From NCBI GenBank assembly GCA_041650915.1, contig JBAZKE010000003.1, positions 85,226 through 149,225 of the forward strand: 64,000 bases of DNA, in the 5' to 3' direction. The notes below the pieces were generated by a model. The model did not search any database. It saw nothing but the letters and a program-made list of their open reading frames with translations, and had not been told where the DNA came from. The DNA comes from Patescibacteria group bacterium. GTDB taxonomy: Bacteria; Patescibacteriota; Patescibacteriia; UBA10025; JAHIVO01. Below are positions 18,329 to 27,575 of this stretch, piece by piece. Position 1 is the stretch's first letter; every line of letters starts with the position of its first letter. The translations under genes and the position numbers were made by a program.

Positions 18329-18666
18329 TTAAGCTCATAATGGAGTGCGTGCCTGTCCCGTACCCGGACGAAGTGGGCGGTGTAGGGAGGTTGTAGGTTT
18401 CCCGCTGCTTGGATCGCGTCGAGACTTGAAGGTCGAGCGGTGCGGAAACCGCCGCGAGACTAGGGCCGCAGGGAAGCACATAGCCTGGGCCAAGCCGCAG
18501 GGTGACGCCACTCCCGTATCCCTACCGTACGGAGGTTGTTTTTGTAGTGGGATTGCATCAGATGCAGGAATATGCTATAGTAATCAATTCCTTGTGTATC
18601 CTGTTGTTCTTTGACAGGGAAATCGGCTAACACATGAGGAGAGGGCTCTTTTTTTAAGGAGGCACT

Positions 18667-19092
18667 ATGCCAATGTCAGGTCGTTTCAAGACCCGCCAGG
18701 AAGAACTGGATTATCTGCAGCACCTGAGTGATATTGGTTTTTATCGCGAAGAAGGCCGCAACGGCGAGATTATTTATTGGTTGCGTTTTTATTTGGAGCC
18801 GCCTGAAAACAAGCCTGTCTGCGAAGTGCGAATAGCAATGGAATGGAGGTTCATTAGCCGTGACGATTGTCCGGAAAAGGAAGGCTTTTTTGGGGTGAAG
18901 CTCGCGGTTGGAGACGCCGAACACGACTGCCAGTATGTGGCGCGTTACGATACGCTGTATGAGTATTCGCCGCCATCCCCGTACCACCAGTTAGTGCTCG
19001 GCCAGAGGGTGTATGCCTTGTTCATGAGATGGGTCCGCGGCGAGATCGTTGAGTTCGTCTGGCGGCGAGGCGATGAACTGCCGGAGCGGTAG
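18667..19092 (+). CDS. Hypothetical protein (141 aa)
   Basis: An RBS AAGGAGG precedes the start. A terminator-like hairpin GCCCCCG...CGGGGGC with TTTTTT lies downstream. Confidence 0.5.
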   Translation: MPMSGRFKTRQEELDYLQHLSDIGFYREEGRNGEIIYWLRFYLEPPENKPVCEVRIAMEWRFISRDDCPEKEGFFGVKLAVGDAEHDCQYVARYDTLYEYSPPSPYHQLVLGQRVYALFMRWVRGEIVEFVWRRGDELPER

Positions 19093-19279
19093 CATCCAAA
19101 AGGTGTTTATGTGTCTGGTCGATTTCTATTGTTTCAAACCGGGAGAAATCCCGCAAGCCCCCGCGCTGAACTTTAACGGGGGCTTTTTTATTTGTGCATA
19201 CTTTTTTTAATCGGTATACTGTATATAATTTAGCATAATAGAGTTTCGGGCCGGGGCATCCTCGGTTGAATTTATTGGC

Positions 19280-20353
19280 ATGATAATTAAAAATATGCAA
19301 CAAGTACGATTTCCGCGGGATGAGCAGCAGCACAACCACATTATCGAGTGGTGGTACTGGAACGGGCACCTTGTCGACGGAAGAGGAAACCGCTATAGCT
19401 ACATGAATTGCCTGTTCAGGGCGGACATTAAGCGGGTCAATTTTCCCTTTTTAAAGGGGGTGCAGCGGCTGCCTTTCCGGACGGTATTTTTTTCTCATTC
19501 GCTCCTGACTGACATCGGGAAAAAGAAATTCTACCCGCGCATCGAGTACGTCGCGACAGTATCGAAAGACAGCTTCACGAGGCCGCTGCTCTACGTTAAC
19601 TACGCCGACCCGATTATCGTCGACGGGTACGTCAATAAGGTCATGGAGGAACCCGAACTTTTTACCTACCGCATCAAGAACGAGGATATCGACCTCAATC
19701 TCACCTCGAAGAAGCCGCCGCTCCTTGAGGGGGGCAAGGGCTACGTCAATCTGGTCGGCGATCGGAGCACGTACTACTATTCGCTTACGGACTTGAGGAC
19801 AGCGGGGCACATCCGCGTAGGCAAAAAGCTGATTCCGGTCATCGGCAAGTCGTGGATGGACCATCAGTGGGCGAATATCCCGTACGAAAAAAATAAGTGG
19901 AACTGGTTTTCGTTCCAGCTCGATAATAATATTGAGGTCATGGCGGTCGAGTACGGGCGGCATGGCAAGAAAACAAAGCTCGCGAGCGTTTGTTATAAAA
20001 GCGGCAAGCAGTTGCACAGCGATGCGGTCCGCATCACGCCGGTCGGCAGGGCCTGGGTCAGCCCGAAGACAAAAGCCCGGTACCCGCTCGAATGGCGCGT
20101 TGAGTTGCCGGCGATCGGCATAGAGCTCACTGCCAAAGCGCCCGTTAAGCAGCAGGAGATGCTGTACGGCACGCTCAACTACTGGGAAGGCCCGCTCGAT
20201 GTCACCGGAACGGTGGAGGGAACTTCGGTTTCCGGACTCGGCTTCTGCGAGCTCGTCGGGTACGAATCGGAGTTCGATAACATGAAGTTCATACGGACTT
20301 CGCTTACGGAGCTGATCCGGAGCGGGTACGATTATCTCGTCCACATGCGGTAA
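19280..20353 (+). CDS. AttH/CrtC-like lipocalin-fold protein (COG5621-like)
   Basis: The motif HNHIIEWWYWNGHL is characteristic of the AttH / hydroxyneurosporene-synthase-like family. 357 aa. Confidence 0.55.
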   Translation: MIIKNMQQVRFPRDEQQHNHIIEWWYWNGHLVDGRGNRYSYMNCLFRADIKRVNFPFLKGVQRLPFRTVFFSHSLLTDIGKKKFYPRIEYVATVSKDSFTRPLLYVNYADPIIVDGYVNKVMEEPELFTYRIKNEDIDLNLTSKKPPLLEGGKGYVNLVGDRSTYYYSLTDLRTAGHIRVGKKLIPVIGKSWMDHQWANIPYEKNKWNWFSFQLDNNIEVMAVEYGRHGKKTKLASVCYKSGKQLHSDAVRITPVGRAWVSPKTKARYPLEWRVELPAIGIELTAKAPVKQQEMLYGTLNYWEGPLDVTGTVEGTSVSGLGFCELVGYESEFDNMKFIRTSLTELIRSGYDYLVHMR

Positions 20354-21033
20354 TGAAGTCATTTCCAGAACAGCAGCGTGAGCTATTCGACAAGCTTGAG
20401 CAGGGCAGCGTGCGTGCTACGTCTATTGCAATGATCAGGGACTACACGCGGGAAACCCGGATGTGCCTGACCGGCATTGCGTTCGTGCCCCAGAGCATGC
20501 GGCCGGAGATCAGCGCCCGCGTGATTGAGCCTCTCAGGGAGCGTGATGCCCGGCAGCACTACTATCCTCCGGAGTCACTGCACGTGACCATTCAGAATGT
20601 ACGCCGTTCCAGCGATCCGCCGCGATTTACTCCTGATACTGTCGCACGGGCACGGGAGGTTTTTCGGAGCGTGGTACCGCGGCACCGGCGGTTCTCATTC
20701 GAGCTCCGCGGGCTGTTCGAGATGCCGGCGAGCCTTTCGGTCCGCGCGTACTCCGATGAAGCGCTTGGGGACCTGGTTTTTGACCTGCGTGATTCGCTGC
20801 GGGCGGCGGGCATTCCCGATGATAAGCAATACGCTCCGGGCGGTGCGGTATTCGGCAACTGCACGGTATGCCGGTTTACGCGGAAGCCGAACGCCGGCTT
20901 TGCCGCGGTGGTGCGCGAGCTGAAGCAGGCGCCCGTCGGTACGTTTGAAGTCGCTGACGTTTCGCTCAAAACGACCAATGCCGTATGCGATTCGAGCGTG
21001 ACCGCGGTGATCGGGCGGTTTCCGCTCCAGTAG
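20353..21033 (+). CDS. Hypothetical protein (single H-x-T motif; weak 2H-phosphoesterase-like)
   Basis: The start overlaps the upstream stop (TAATG). Only one HVTI motif is present, so assignment to the LigT family is not supported. Confidence 0.4.
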   Translation: MKSFPEQQRELFDKLEQGSVRATSIAMIRDYTRETRMCLTGIAFVPQSMRPEISARVIEPLRERDARQHYYPPESLHVTIQNVRRSSDPPRFTPDTVARAREVFRSVVPRHRRFSFELRGLFEMPASLSVRAYSDEALGDLVFDLRDSLRAAGIPDDKQYAPGGAVFGNCTVCRFTRKPNAGFAAVVRELKQAPVGTFEVADVSLKTTNAVCDSSVTAVIGRFPLQ

Positions 21034-21119
21034 GTTTGTGTACGCGCAGCCTGCCTTGCGTGAAACGGGATATTGTTTTACACTGAACTGGAATAATTTA
21101 ATACGTTAATAAAAATACC

Positions 21120-22439
21120 ATGGACAGGACCAAGGTAATCATTATGGGAGCCGCTGGGCGGGACTTCCATGATTTTAACGTGTACTTCCGCTCCAAGTCT
21201 GCGTACGAGGTGGTGGCCTTTACCGCTACGCAGATTCCGAACATTGAAGGCCGTTTGTACCCTCCGAGCTTGAGCGGGAAGCGCTATCCACAGGGGATTC
21301 CGATTGAGCCTGAGAGCAAGCTCACCGAGCTTATCAAAAAGCACGGCGTCGAGCAGGTTTTTCTGTCGTACTCCGATCTGCCGCACCAGGTCGTGATGAA
21401 TAAGGCGTCGGAGGTGCTGGCGGCGGGCGCAGATTTCCGGCTCCTCGGGCCGAACCACACGTTCGTAAAATCGAAGAAGCCGCTCGTGTCGGTCTGCGCA
21501 GTCCGGACGGGCTGCGGCAAGAGCCAGACGTCGCGTCGTGTCGTTGAGTACTTTAAGGAGAAGGGGAAGAAGGTCGTCGCTATCCGGCATCCGATGCCGT
21601 ACGGCGATCTCGCCAAGCAGGCAGTGCAGCGCTTCGCGAAGTATGAGGATTTTGAGAAGCATGAGTGTACGATTGAAGAGCGCGAGGAGTACGAGCCGTA
21701 TGTGGAACAGGGGCTCGTCATCTATGCGGGCGTTGACTATGAGAAAATCCTGCGAAAGGCCGAGAAGGAGGCGGATGTGATTATCTGGGACGGCGGCAAC
21801 AACGACCTGCCGTTCTACAAGCCCGACGTGCACATCGTCGTCGCGGATCCGCACCGTGCGGGCCATGAATATGGGTACCATCCCGGAGAGACGAATTTCA
21901 GGATGGCAGACGTGATCGTCATCAACAAGATTGATTCGGCCGATCCGGCGAAGGTCAAGGCGGTCGAGGAGAGCGCGAAGCGGCTCAATCCGAAAGCGGT
22001 CCTGATCAAGGCGAATGCCCCCTATACGGTTTCTGATGAATCGTTGATTCGCGGCAAGCGCGTGTTGGTCGTCGAGGACGGCCCCACGCTGACGCACGGC
22101 GAGATGCGGTACGGCGTCGGTGTGGTCGCGGCAAAAAAATTCGGGGCGAAAGAGCTTGTTGATCCGCGGCCGTTCGCCGTCGGGTCGATACAGGCGACAT
22201 TTAAGAAATTCGGCCACTTGACGGACCTTCTCCCGGCGATGGGGTACAGCGACCGGCAGGTGAAAGAGCTCGAGGAGACGATCAATGCGAGCGACGCGGA
22301 CTCCGTCGTGGTCGGCACGCCGATCGACCTCACGAGACTGCTCAAGATCAATAAGCCTGCGACCAGGATCAGCTACACCATGAAAGAAATCGGCAGCCCG
22401 ACGCTTGCCGAAGTGCTGGACAAGGCCGCGCTTGTTTAA
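21120..22439 (+). CDS. P-loop NTPase-like protein (Rossmann-like N-terminus plus a GCGKSQT Walker-A-like motif; cyclic-2,3-diphosphoglycerate-synthetase/DUF1611-like)
   Basis: The sense-strand translation has coherent motifs. The longer antisense ORF is Arg-rich junk. Confidence 0.4.
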   Translation: MDRTKVIIMGAAGRDFHDFNVYFRSKSAYEVVAFTATQIPNIEGRLYPPSLSGKRYPQGIPIEPESKLTELIKKHGVEQVFLSYSDLPHQVVMNKASEVLAAGADFRLLGPNHTFVKSKKPLVSVCAVRTGCGKSQTSRRVVEYFKEKGKKVVAIRHPMPYGDLAKQAVQRFAKYEDFEKHECTIEEREEYEPYVEQGLVIYAGVDYEKILRKAEKEADVIIWDGGNNDLPFYKPDVHIVVADPHRAGHEYGYHPGETNFRMADVIVINKIDSADPAKVKAVEESAKRLNPKAVLIKANAPYTVSDESLIRGKRVLVVEDGPTLTHGEMRYGVGVVAAKKFGAKELVDPRPFAVGSIQATFKKFGHLTDLLPAMGYSDRQVKELEETINASDADSVVVGTPIDLTRLLKINKPATRISYTMKEIGSPTLAEVLDKAALV

Positions 22440-22458
22440 ATCAAATACGTACGTTTCG

Positions 22459-22488
22459 ATGCCCCCGCCACGCAGGTGGCGGGGGCAT
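22459..22488 (+). terminator. Strong 13-bp hairpin (ATGCCCCCGCCAC-GCAG-GTGGCGGGGGCAT)
   Basis: A perfect inverted repeat directly after the stop at 22439. It has no clean T-run. Confidence 0.5.
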
Positions 22489-22492
22489 GTTA

Positions 22493-22520
22493 TTGACGTG
22501 TTTTTCCAACGGGGTACAAT
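22493..22520 (+). promoter_or_regulatory. Sigma70-like promoter (TTGACG, 16 nt, TACAAT)
   Basis: Read directly; upstream of the ArsR-type regulator. Confidence 0.4.
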
Positions 22521-22792
22521 AGAGAAGGACGACTTCCCTATAGATGCTTTGTTGGATACGCGTAGGACGCGGAAGGAGTCCACAGTCATTGTTCATTTCT
22601 GATTGGGATGATGGTATTAGGAAGTTCCGGAAAGCGCAACGCGGTCTTGTTGCCCGCAGTTCGATTTCCGTGAGGGCGGTGTCTTGCACACACTGCCCTC
22701 ATATTTTTTTTGGAATGCACGTTTTGACAGTTTTGCAAATCCGCCGTACCGTTCCAGTACTTGCTCAAGAACTCAATTTTTCATCCATCCAT

Positions 22793-23125
22793 ATGTTACT
22801 CAATAAAAAGGTTCAGGCAGAGAAGCGATGGCTGCATTCCCGCCGCGCCGATATCACGAAGCACAGCGAACTCTGCCATGTTATTTCTGACCCGACGAGG
22901 GTGAAGATTCTCATGCTGCTCAACAGGCATGGCAAACTGTGCGTCACCGATTTGGCGAACATCGTCGGTGTCAGCATCAGCGCCATTTCGCACCAGCTCG
23001 ATTTGCTCGAGCATGCGGGCGTCGTGTCGAACAAGAGAATGGGCCGGGTCGTACGCTACTATCCGCAACTGGGTGATAACGTTTTTTTGAAGATAGTTCG
23101 TTTGACTTTGGGCAAAAGTTTTTAA
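22793..23125 (+). CDS. ArsR/SmtB family transcriptional regulator
   Basis: wHTH: VISDPTRVKILMLLNRHGKLCVTDLANIVGVSISAISHQLDLLEHAGVV. The start was moved to the in-frame ATG at 22793. Confidence 0.75.
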   Translation: MLLNKKVQAEKRWLHSRRADITKHSELCHVISDPTRVKILMLLNRHGKLCVTDLANIVGVSISAISHQLDLLEHAGVVSNKRMGRVVRYYPQLGDNVFLKIVRLTLGKSF

Positions 23126-23217
23126 AATACGTCCGAATGTAAGCAGCAAGGAATAACACATATGGCACGTAATGGACCCGGATGCGAAACCTGCTAATAA
23201 CGCCATGTCCGGCCTCT

Positions 23218-23252
23218 GCATCTCGCCCCTGAAGGGGCGAGATGCATTTTTT
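23218..23252 (+). terminator. Rho-independent terminator
   Basis: GCATCTCGCCCC-TGAA-GGGGCGAGATGC followed by ATTTTTT. Confidence 0.75.
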
Positions 23253-23414
23253 CTAATAGAAGCCGTGCAGGAACATGCCGGCACAGCCATGCGCCGTTTG
23301 TACCGTGCGGGCGGGCGCCTGTTTTCGCTTGATGCCGCAGTGGCACAAAGCGGGAGAATCTGATATAATTCCATCAACAAGCAAAGCAGTGAATTCGTAA
23401 CCAACGCTGTACGA

Positions 23415-23867
23415 ATGAAAGTTTTTTTAGGCGCAGATCACGCAGGTTTCGCCCTCAAAGAGGCGCTCGAAACGTACCTCCGGCGGCATAAGTATGATGT
23501 CGTTGATCTCGGTAATACGCAATTCGAAAAAAATGACGACTACCCTGATTTTGCGTTCAAGGTCGGGGAAGCGGTAGCCCGCACGAGAGGATCGCGCGGG
23601 GTTTTGGTGTGCGGGAGCGGCGTAGGAATGGGGATCGTCGCGAATAAGGTCAGGGGCATTCGCGCAACGCACGCCAGCTCGCCGAAAATCGCGCTCGTTG
23701 CACGCAGGGACGATGACGCGAACGTCATTTCGCTCGGCGGCCGTTTCATGAGCCCGCGGGAGGCGCAGAAGGTTGTCCGGGTTTTTCTCACGGCGCCCGC
23801 GAGCACCGCGTCGAGGCACCGACGGAGATTGGACAAGGTCAAGCGGTATGAACGGAAAAAAATATGA
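23415..23867 (+). CDS. rpiB: Ribose-5-phosphate isomerase B
   Basis: RpiB/LacAB motifs GADHAGF and VLVCGSGVGM. Confidence 0.85.
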   Translation: MKVFLGADHAGFALKEALETYLRRHKYDVVDLGNTQFEKNDDYPDFAFKVGEAVARTRGSRGVLVCGSGVGMGIVANKVRGIRATHASSPKIALVARRDDDANVISLGGRFMSPREAQKVVRVFLTAPASTASRHRRRLDKVKRYERKKI

Positions 23868-24499
23868 GCGAGATCATGCCGGCGATCCTGACGGCCAGCG
23901 TGGAGGATTTGCGCAAGAAAATCAGCCAGGCGAAACCGTACGTCGGCTGGGCGCAGATTGACATCGCCGACGGTGCGTTCGTGAACAATAAAACAATCGC
24001 GGTCAAGGACATCCCGGCCGGCCTCCCCAAGATGCAGCTCGAAGCGCACCTGATGGTCATCGACCCCGCGGCAGAGCTCAGCGCGTGCAAGGCGGCCGGC
24101 ATCAAGCGGGCCATCGTTCATGTTGAGACCGTGGCGGATCCGGAAAAGATATTAGACGCAATGGAGCGGCTCGGGCTGCAGACCGGCGTCGCGATCAATC
24201 CGGAAACCCCGGTCAAGCAGCTCACGCCGTACGGTAAGCGCGTCAGCCTCATCCTCCTCATGTCAGTCCACCCGGGGTTCCAGGCGCAGTCGTTCATTCC
24301 CGCCACCCTCGGACGGATCAAGCAGGCGCGCTCGCTCGCACCGGACGCGCTGATCGAAGTGGACGGAGGCGTCAAGCGGGACAATATCGGCAGCATCGCG
24401 CGGGCCGGCGCGGATATCGCCGCCGTGGGAAGCGCACTGTATGCAAACGATGCTTTTAAAGAAAACTACGAAGCGCTCGTTGCGAGCATGACTATCTGA
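23864..24499 (+). CDS. rpe: Ribulose-phosphate 3-epimerase
   Basis: Rpe motifs (DIADG, HLMV, VDGGV). The start overlaps the rpiB stop. Confidence 0.85.
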   Translation: MSEIMPAILTASVEDLRKKISQAKPYVGWAQIDIADGAFVNNKTIAVKDIPAGLPKMQLEAHLMVIDPAAELSACKAAGIKRAIVHVETVADPEKILDAMERLGLQTGVAINPETPVKQLTPYGKRVSLILLMSVHPGFQAQSFIPATLGRIKQARSLAPDALIEVDGGVKRDNIGSIARAGADIAAVGSALYANDAFKENYEALVASMTI

Positions 24500-24504
24500 C
24501 CCAC

Positions 24505-26355
24505 ATGCAAAAAGACACGAAAACATTAGAGAAAATCGCGCGGCTCGTCCGCCGGTGGATACTCCAGTCGACGACCGAGGCAGGGTCAGGGCACCCGACG
24601 TCATCCCTGTCGGCGACTGATTTGATGGTTGCGCTCATGTTCGGCGGTGTTTTTCGGTTCGATGCCGCCAATCCCCAGCACCCCAATAACGACCGGCTTA
24701 TTTTTTCCAAGGGGCACGCTTCCCCGCTTTTTTACGCGCTCTGGGCCGCAACCGGCGCATTCCCGGCCGATGAGCTCATGACGCTCCGGAAATTCGGGAG
24801 CAGGCTCGAGGGGCACCCGACCATGGAATTCCCCTTTACGGAGGCTCCGACCGGTTCGCTCGGGCAGGGGCTGTCTGTCGGCGTCGGCATCGCGCTCAAC
24901 GGGAAGTACGTCGACAAGCTGCCGTACCGCACGTACGTGCTGCTCGGGGACAGCGAAATGGCAGAGGGGCAGGTATGGGAGGCGATACAGTCGGCCGCGC
25001 ACTACGAGCTCGATAACCTCGTCGGCATTATCGACGTCAACCGGCTCGGCCAGCGTGGCGAGACGATGTACGGCCACGACGTGAAGGCGTACGAAAAGCG
25101 CATCGCAGCGTTCGGCTGGCAGACCATCGCCATCGACGGCCACTCGGTCTCGCAGGCAGCCGAGGCGTTCAGCATGGCTTCCAAGGTGCGCAAGAAGCCG
25201 ACCATGATTATCGCGAAGACCGTGAAGGGCAAGGGGGTCCCATCCCTCGAGGATAAGGATGGCTGGCACGGCAAAGCCTTGAAGCCCGAAGAGCTCGAGC
25301 AGGCGCTTGCGGAGATCGGCAGCGTAGACGAGTCGGTCCGCGGCGCGGTCGCGGTTCCGGAGGAGGCAGAGCTCGCCAGCGCCGAGGCTGGACCGCAGCC
25401 CGCCCCAGCGTTTGATAAGCCGATCAGCACGAGAAAGGCGTACGGCAACGCGATCGTCCGAATTTTCCCGATGTTTCCGGACATGGTCGTGCTCGATGCG
25501 GAGACGGGCAACTCGACGTACGCAGAGTTGTTTAAAGAGGCGCACCCCGGCCGTTTTTTCGAAATGTACATCGCGGAGCAGAACATGGTGGGAGCCGGCA
25601 TCGGTTTCTCATCGCGCGGCAAGATTCCGTTCATTTCGACCTTCGCCGCGTTCCTCGCGCGCAGTTATGACCAGGCGCGGATGGCAAGCTATTCGCAGGC
25701 GAATATCAAAATCGTGGGGTCGCACGCGGGCGTATCCATCGGGCAGGACGGCGTGTCGCAGATGGGATTGGAGGATTTGGCGATGTTCCGGGCGCTTCAT
25801 GGCAGCGTGGTGCTGTACCCGTGCGACGGCGTTTCGACCGACAAGCTCGTCGAACAGGCGGCGAAGCATAAGGGCTTGGTGTATATCCGCACGACCAGGG
25901 CAGACACGCCGATCATTTATGACAGCAATGAGCAGTTCCCGATCGGCGGGAGCAAGACGCTGCGCTCGAGCGCACATGATGCCGTTACCGTCGTCTCCGC
26001 GGGCATCACGCTCCACGAAGCGCTGAAAGCGCATGATGAGCTGAAAAAGCAAGGCATTTCAATTCGAGTAATAGATTTGTACAGCATTAAGCCTATTGAT
26101 GAAGCAATCCTCCAAAAAGCAGGGAAAGAAACAAAAGCAATCATTACCGTGGAAGACCATTATCCGCAGGGCGGGTTGGGTGAAGCAGTGCTGAGCGCGT
26201 TAAGGCATGCGAAAGTGCATGTTGTTAAACTGGCAGTAACAAAAATGCCGAAGAGTGGGAAACCGAATGAATTGCTGGATTTTGAAAGCATTTCACAGAG
26301 TGCTATCGTGAAGGCAGTAAATGGTATCATAAATCCCCAGTATAAGAGTAATTAA
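24505..26355 (+). CDS. tkt: Transketolase (single polypeptide)
   Basis: TPP-binding GDSEMAEGQVWEA, and a pyrimidine-binding domain plus a C-terminal domain. The 3' ~300 nt are markedly AT-rich. Confidence 0.9.
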   Translation: MQKDTKTLEKIARLVRRWILQSTTEAGSGHPTSSLSATDLMVALMFGGVFRFDAANPQHPNNDRLIFSKGHASPLFYALWAATGAFPADELMTLRKFGSRLEGHPTMEFPFTEAPTGSLGQGLSVGVGIALNGKYVDKLPYRTYVLLGDSEMAEGQVWEAIQSAAHYELDNLVGIIDVNRLGQRGETMYGHDVKAYEKRIAAFGWQTIAIDGHSVSQAAEAFSMASKVRKKPTMIIAKTVKGKGVPSLEDKDGWHGKALKPEELEQALAEIGSVDESVRGAVAVPEEAELASAEAGPQPAPAFDKPISTRKAYGNAIVRIFPMFPDMVVLDAETGNSTYAELFKEAHPGRFFEMYIAEQNMVGAGIGFSSRGKIPFISTFAAFLARSYDQARMASYSQANIKIVGSHAGVSIGQDGVSQMGLEDLAMFRALHGSVVLYPCDGVSTDKLVEQAAKHKGLVYIRTTRADTPIIYDSNEQFPIGGSKTLRSSAHDAVTVVSAGITLHEALKAHDELKKQGISIRVIDLYSIKPIDEAILQKAGKETKAIITVEDHYPQGGLGEAVLSALRHAKVHVVKLAVTKMPKSGKPNELLDFESISQSAIVKAVNGIINPQYKSN

Positions 26356-26477
26356 AGAACATTACTTTTATTGCCTATATTAGTGAAGTTTAATACAAGC
26401 TATATAGGGTGATATCTATTAAGATATCACATATATAGGAATCTTGACTTTTCTATATACATAGGTATAATAGGTAT

Positions 26478-27563
26478 ATGAATAAGAACATTCAACCAAG
26501 CAGACCACCAAAGCTTCCTGCTATTCTAAATCCAAAGATTTTTTTTAATGAATTAGCAGATGCAGAAAATACTTTAGGATTGCTTGAGGGGTTACAAAAT
26601 TCATTACAAAATCCTGGGTTACTTATTGCACCACTGTCAGCTAAAGAGGCAACTGTAAGTTCAAAGATAGAGGGAACGCAAAGTACTGCTTCCGATGTAT
26701 TTATTTATGAAGCTAGTGGGGTAGAACGGAAAGTTGATACCGCAGAAGTTGCTAACTATCGGAAGGCAATCCTTTATGCTATTGAAGAGTTATCTTCTAA
26801 GAAGCCATTCTCTCTCCATCTCATTAAAAGACTTCATCAACAATTATTAACTGGTGTTCGACATAAGGGGGCGATTGGGCAATTTAGAAATAAACAGGTA
26901 TATATCGCAGAGAAGCAAAGTGATCCGATCGAGAAAGCCATTTATATCCCACCGATTCATTTATTACTGGTAGATTACATGGAGAATTACCTAAATTATT
27001 TAAATACAAGCTCTGACCGGACATTAGTACAAATGGCCGTCTCTCATTATCAGTTCGAGGCAGTTCATCCATTTGAAGATGGCAATGGGCGTATTGGACG
27101 ATTATTAATTCCATTGTTGCTTTTTCACAAATCAAAACTGACGTTGCCGATTATTTATATGAGCGGTTATTTTGAAGAAAACCGTGACCAGTATATAAGT
27201 GCTCTACATTTGGTTGATACACAAGGAGCTTATGATAAATGGATCGCTTTCTTTTGCCGGGCCGTTGCCTCACAAACTAAAGAAACGATTCAACTAATTA
27301 ATCGGATAAATAAATTACATGAAGAAGTGATGCAAAAGGTTGGAAATTTGAAGTCGCCATATATTTATAAGGTGGTCGATGCGATTTTTAAATATCCTGT
27401 CTTTACTAAGAGCAGGATTGTTCAAGAAACTAAGGCGACATATTTAACTGCAAGCAAGCTAATTGATGTATTAAAGTCACATGGGTATGTTAATGAGTTG
27501 AGTTATCGAGACGGGCGGAATAAGTTATTTGTATTTGGTCATTTACTTTCAATTATTCGTTAA
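26478..27563 (+). CDS. Fic family protein (AMPylase-type Fic domain)
   Basis: Canonical Fic motif HPFEDGNGRIGR. The gene lies in a ~1.5 kb low-GC segment with its own strong promoter (TTGACT, 16 nt, TATAAT) and an operator-like palindrome GTGATATC-N6-GATATCAC. Confidence 0.85.
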   Translation: MNKNIQPSRPPKLPAILNPKIFFNELADAENTLGLLEGLQNSLQNPGLLIAPLSAKEATVSSKIEGTQSTASDVFIYEASGVERKVDTAEVANYRKAILYAIEELSSKKPFSLHLIKRLHQQLLTGVRHKGAIGQFRNKQVYIAEKQSDPIEKAIYIPPIHLLLVDYMENYLNYLNTSSDRTLVQMAVSHYQFEAVHPFEDGNGRIGRLLIPLLLFHKSKLTLPIIYMSGYFEENRDQYISALHLVDTQGAYDKWIAFFCRAVASQTKETIQLINRINKLHEEVMQKVGNLKSPYIYKVVDAIFKYPVFTKSRIVQETKATYLTASKLIDVLKSHGYVNELSYRDGRNKLFVFGHLLSIIR

Positions 27564-27575
27564 TTTAATATTTAA

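Noticed and set aside
18261-18479. 72-aa minus-strand ORF
   Set aside because: It overlaps the tRNA-Pro gene and the GC-rich untranslated region.
18343-18660. Assignment of this region to RNase P RNA, SRP RNA or tmRNA
   Set aside because: The signature motifs (P4 GGAAAGUCCGG; SRP GGAAGCAGCC with a GGAA tetraloop; the tmRNA tRNA-like 3' end and tag ORF) could not be found by eye. It is kept only as an unassigned structured-RNA candidate.
19451-20362. 303-aa minus-strand ORF
   Set aside because: Antisense to the AttH-like gene, whose EWWY motif supports the + strand frame.
20353-21033. Calling this ORF a 2'-5' RNA ligase (LigT)
   Set aside because: Only one H-x-T-x motif is present. The second, which is required, is absent.
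21078-22589. 503-aa ORF on the minus strand
   Set aside because: It is antisense to the + strand P-loop gene. It has an Arg-rich composition typical of spurious high-GC antisense frames and no recognisable motifs.
23172-23363. 63-aa + strand ORF after the ArsR gene
   Set aside because: It reads through a strong intrinsic terminator hairpin and has no RBS.
24601-25545. 314-aa minus-strand ORF
   Set aside because: Antisense to transketolase.
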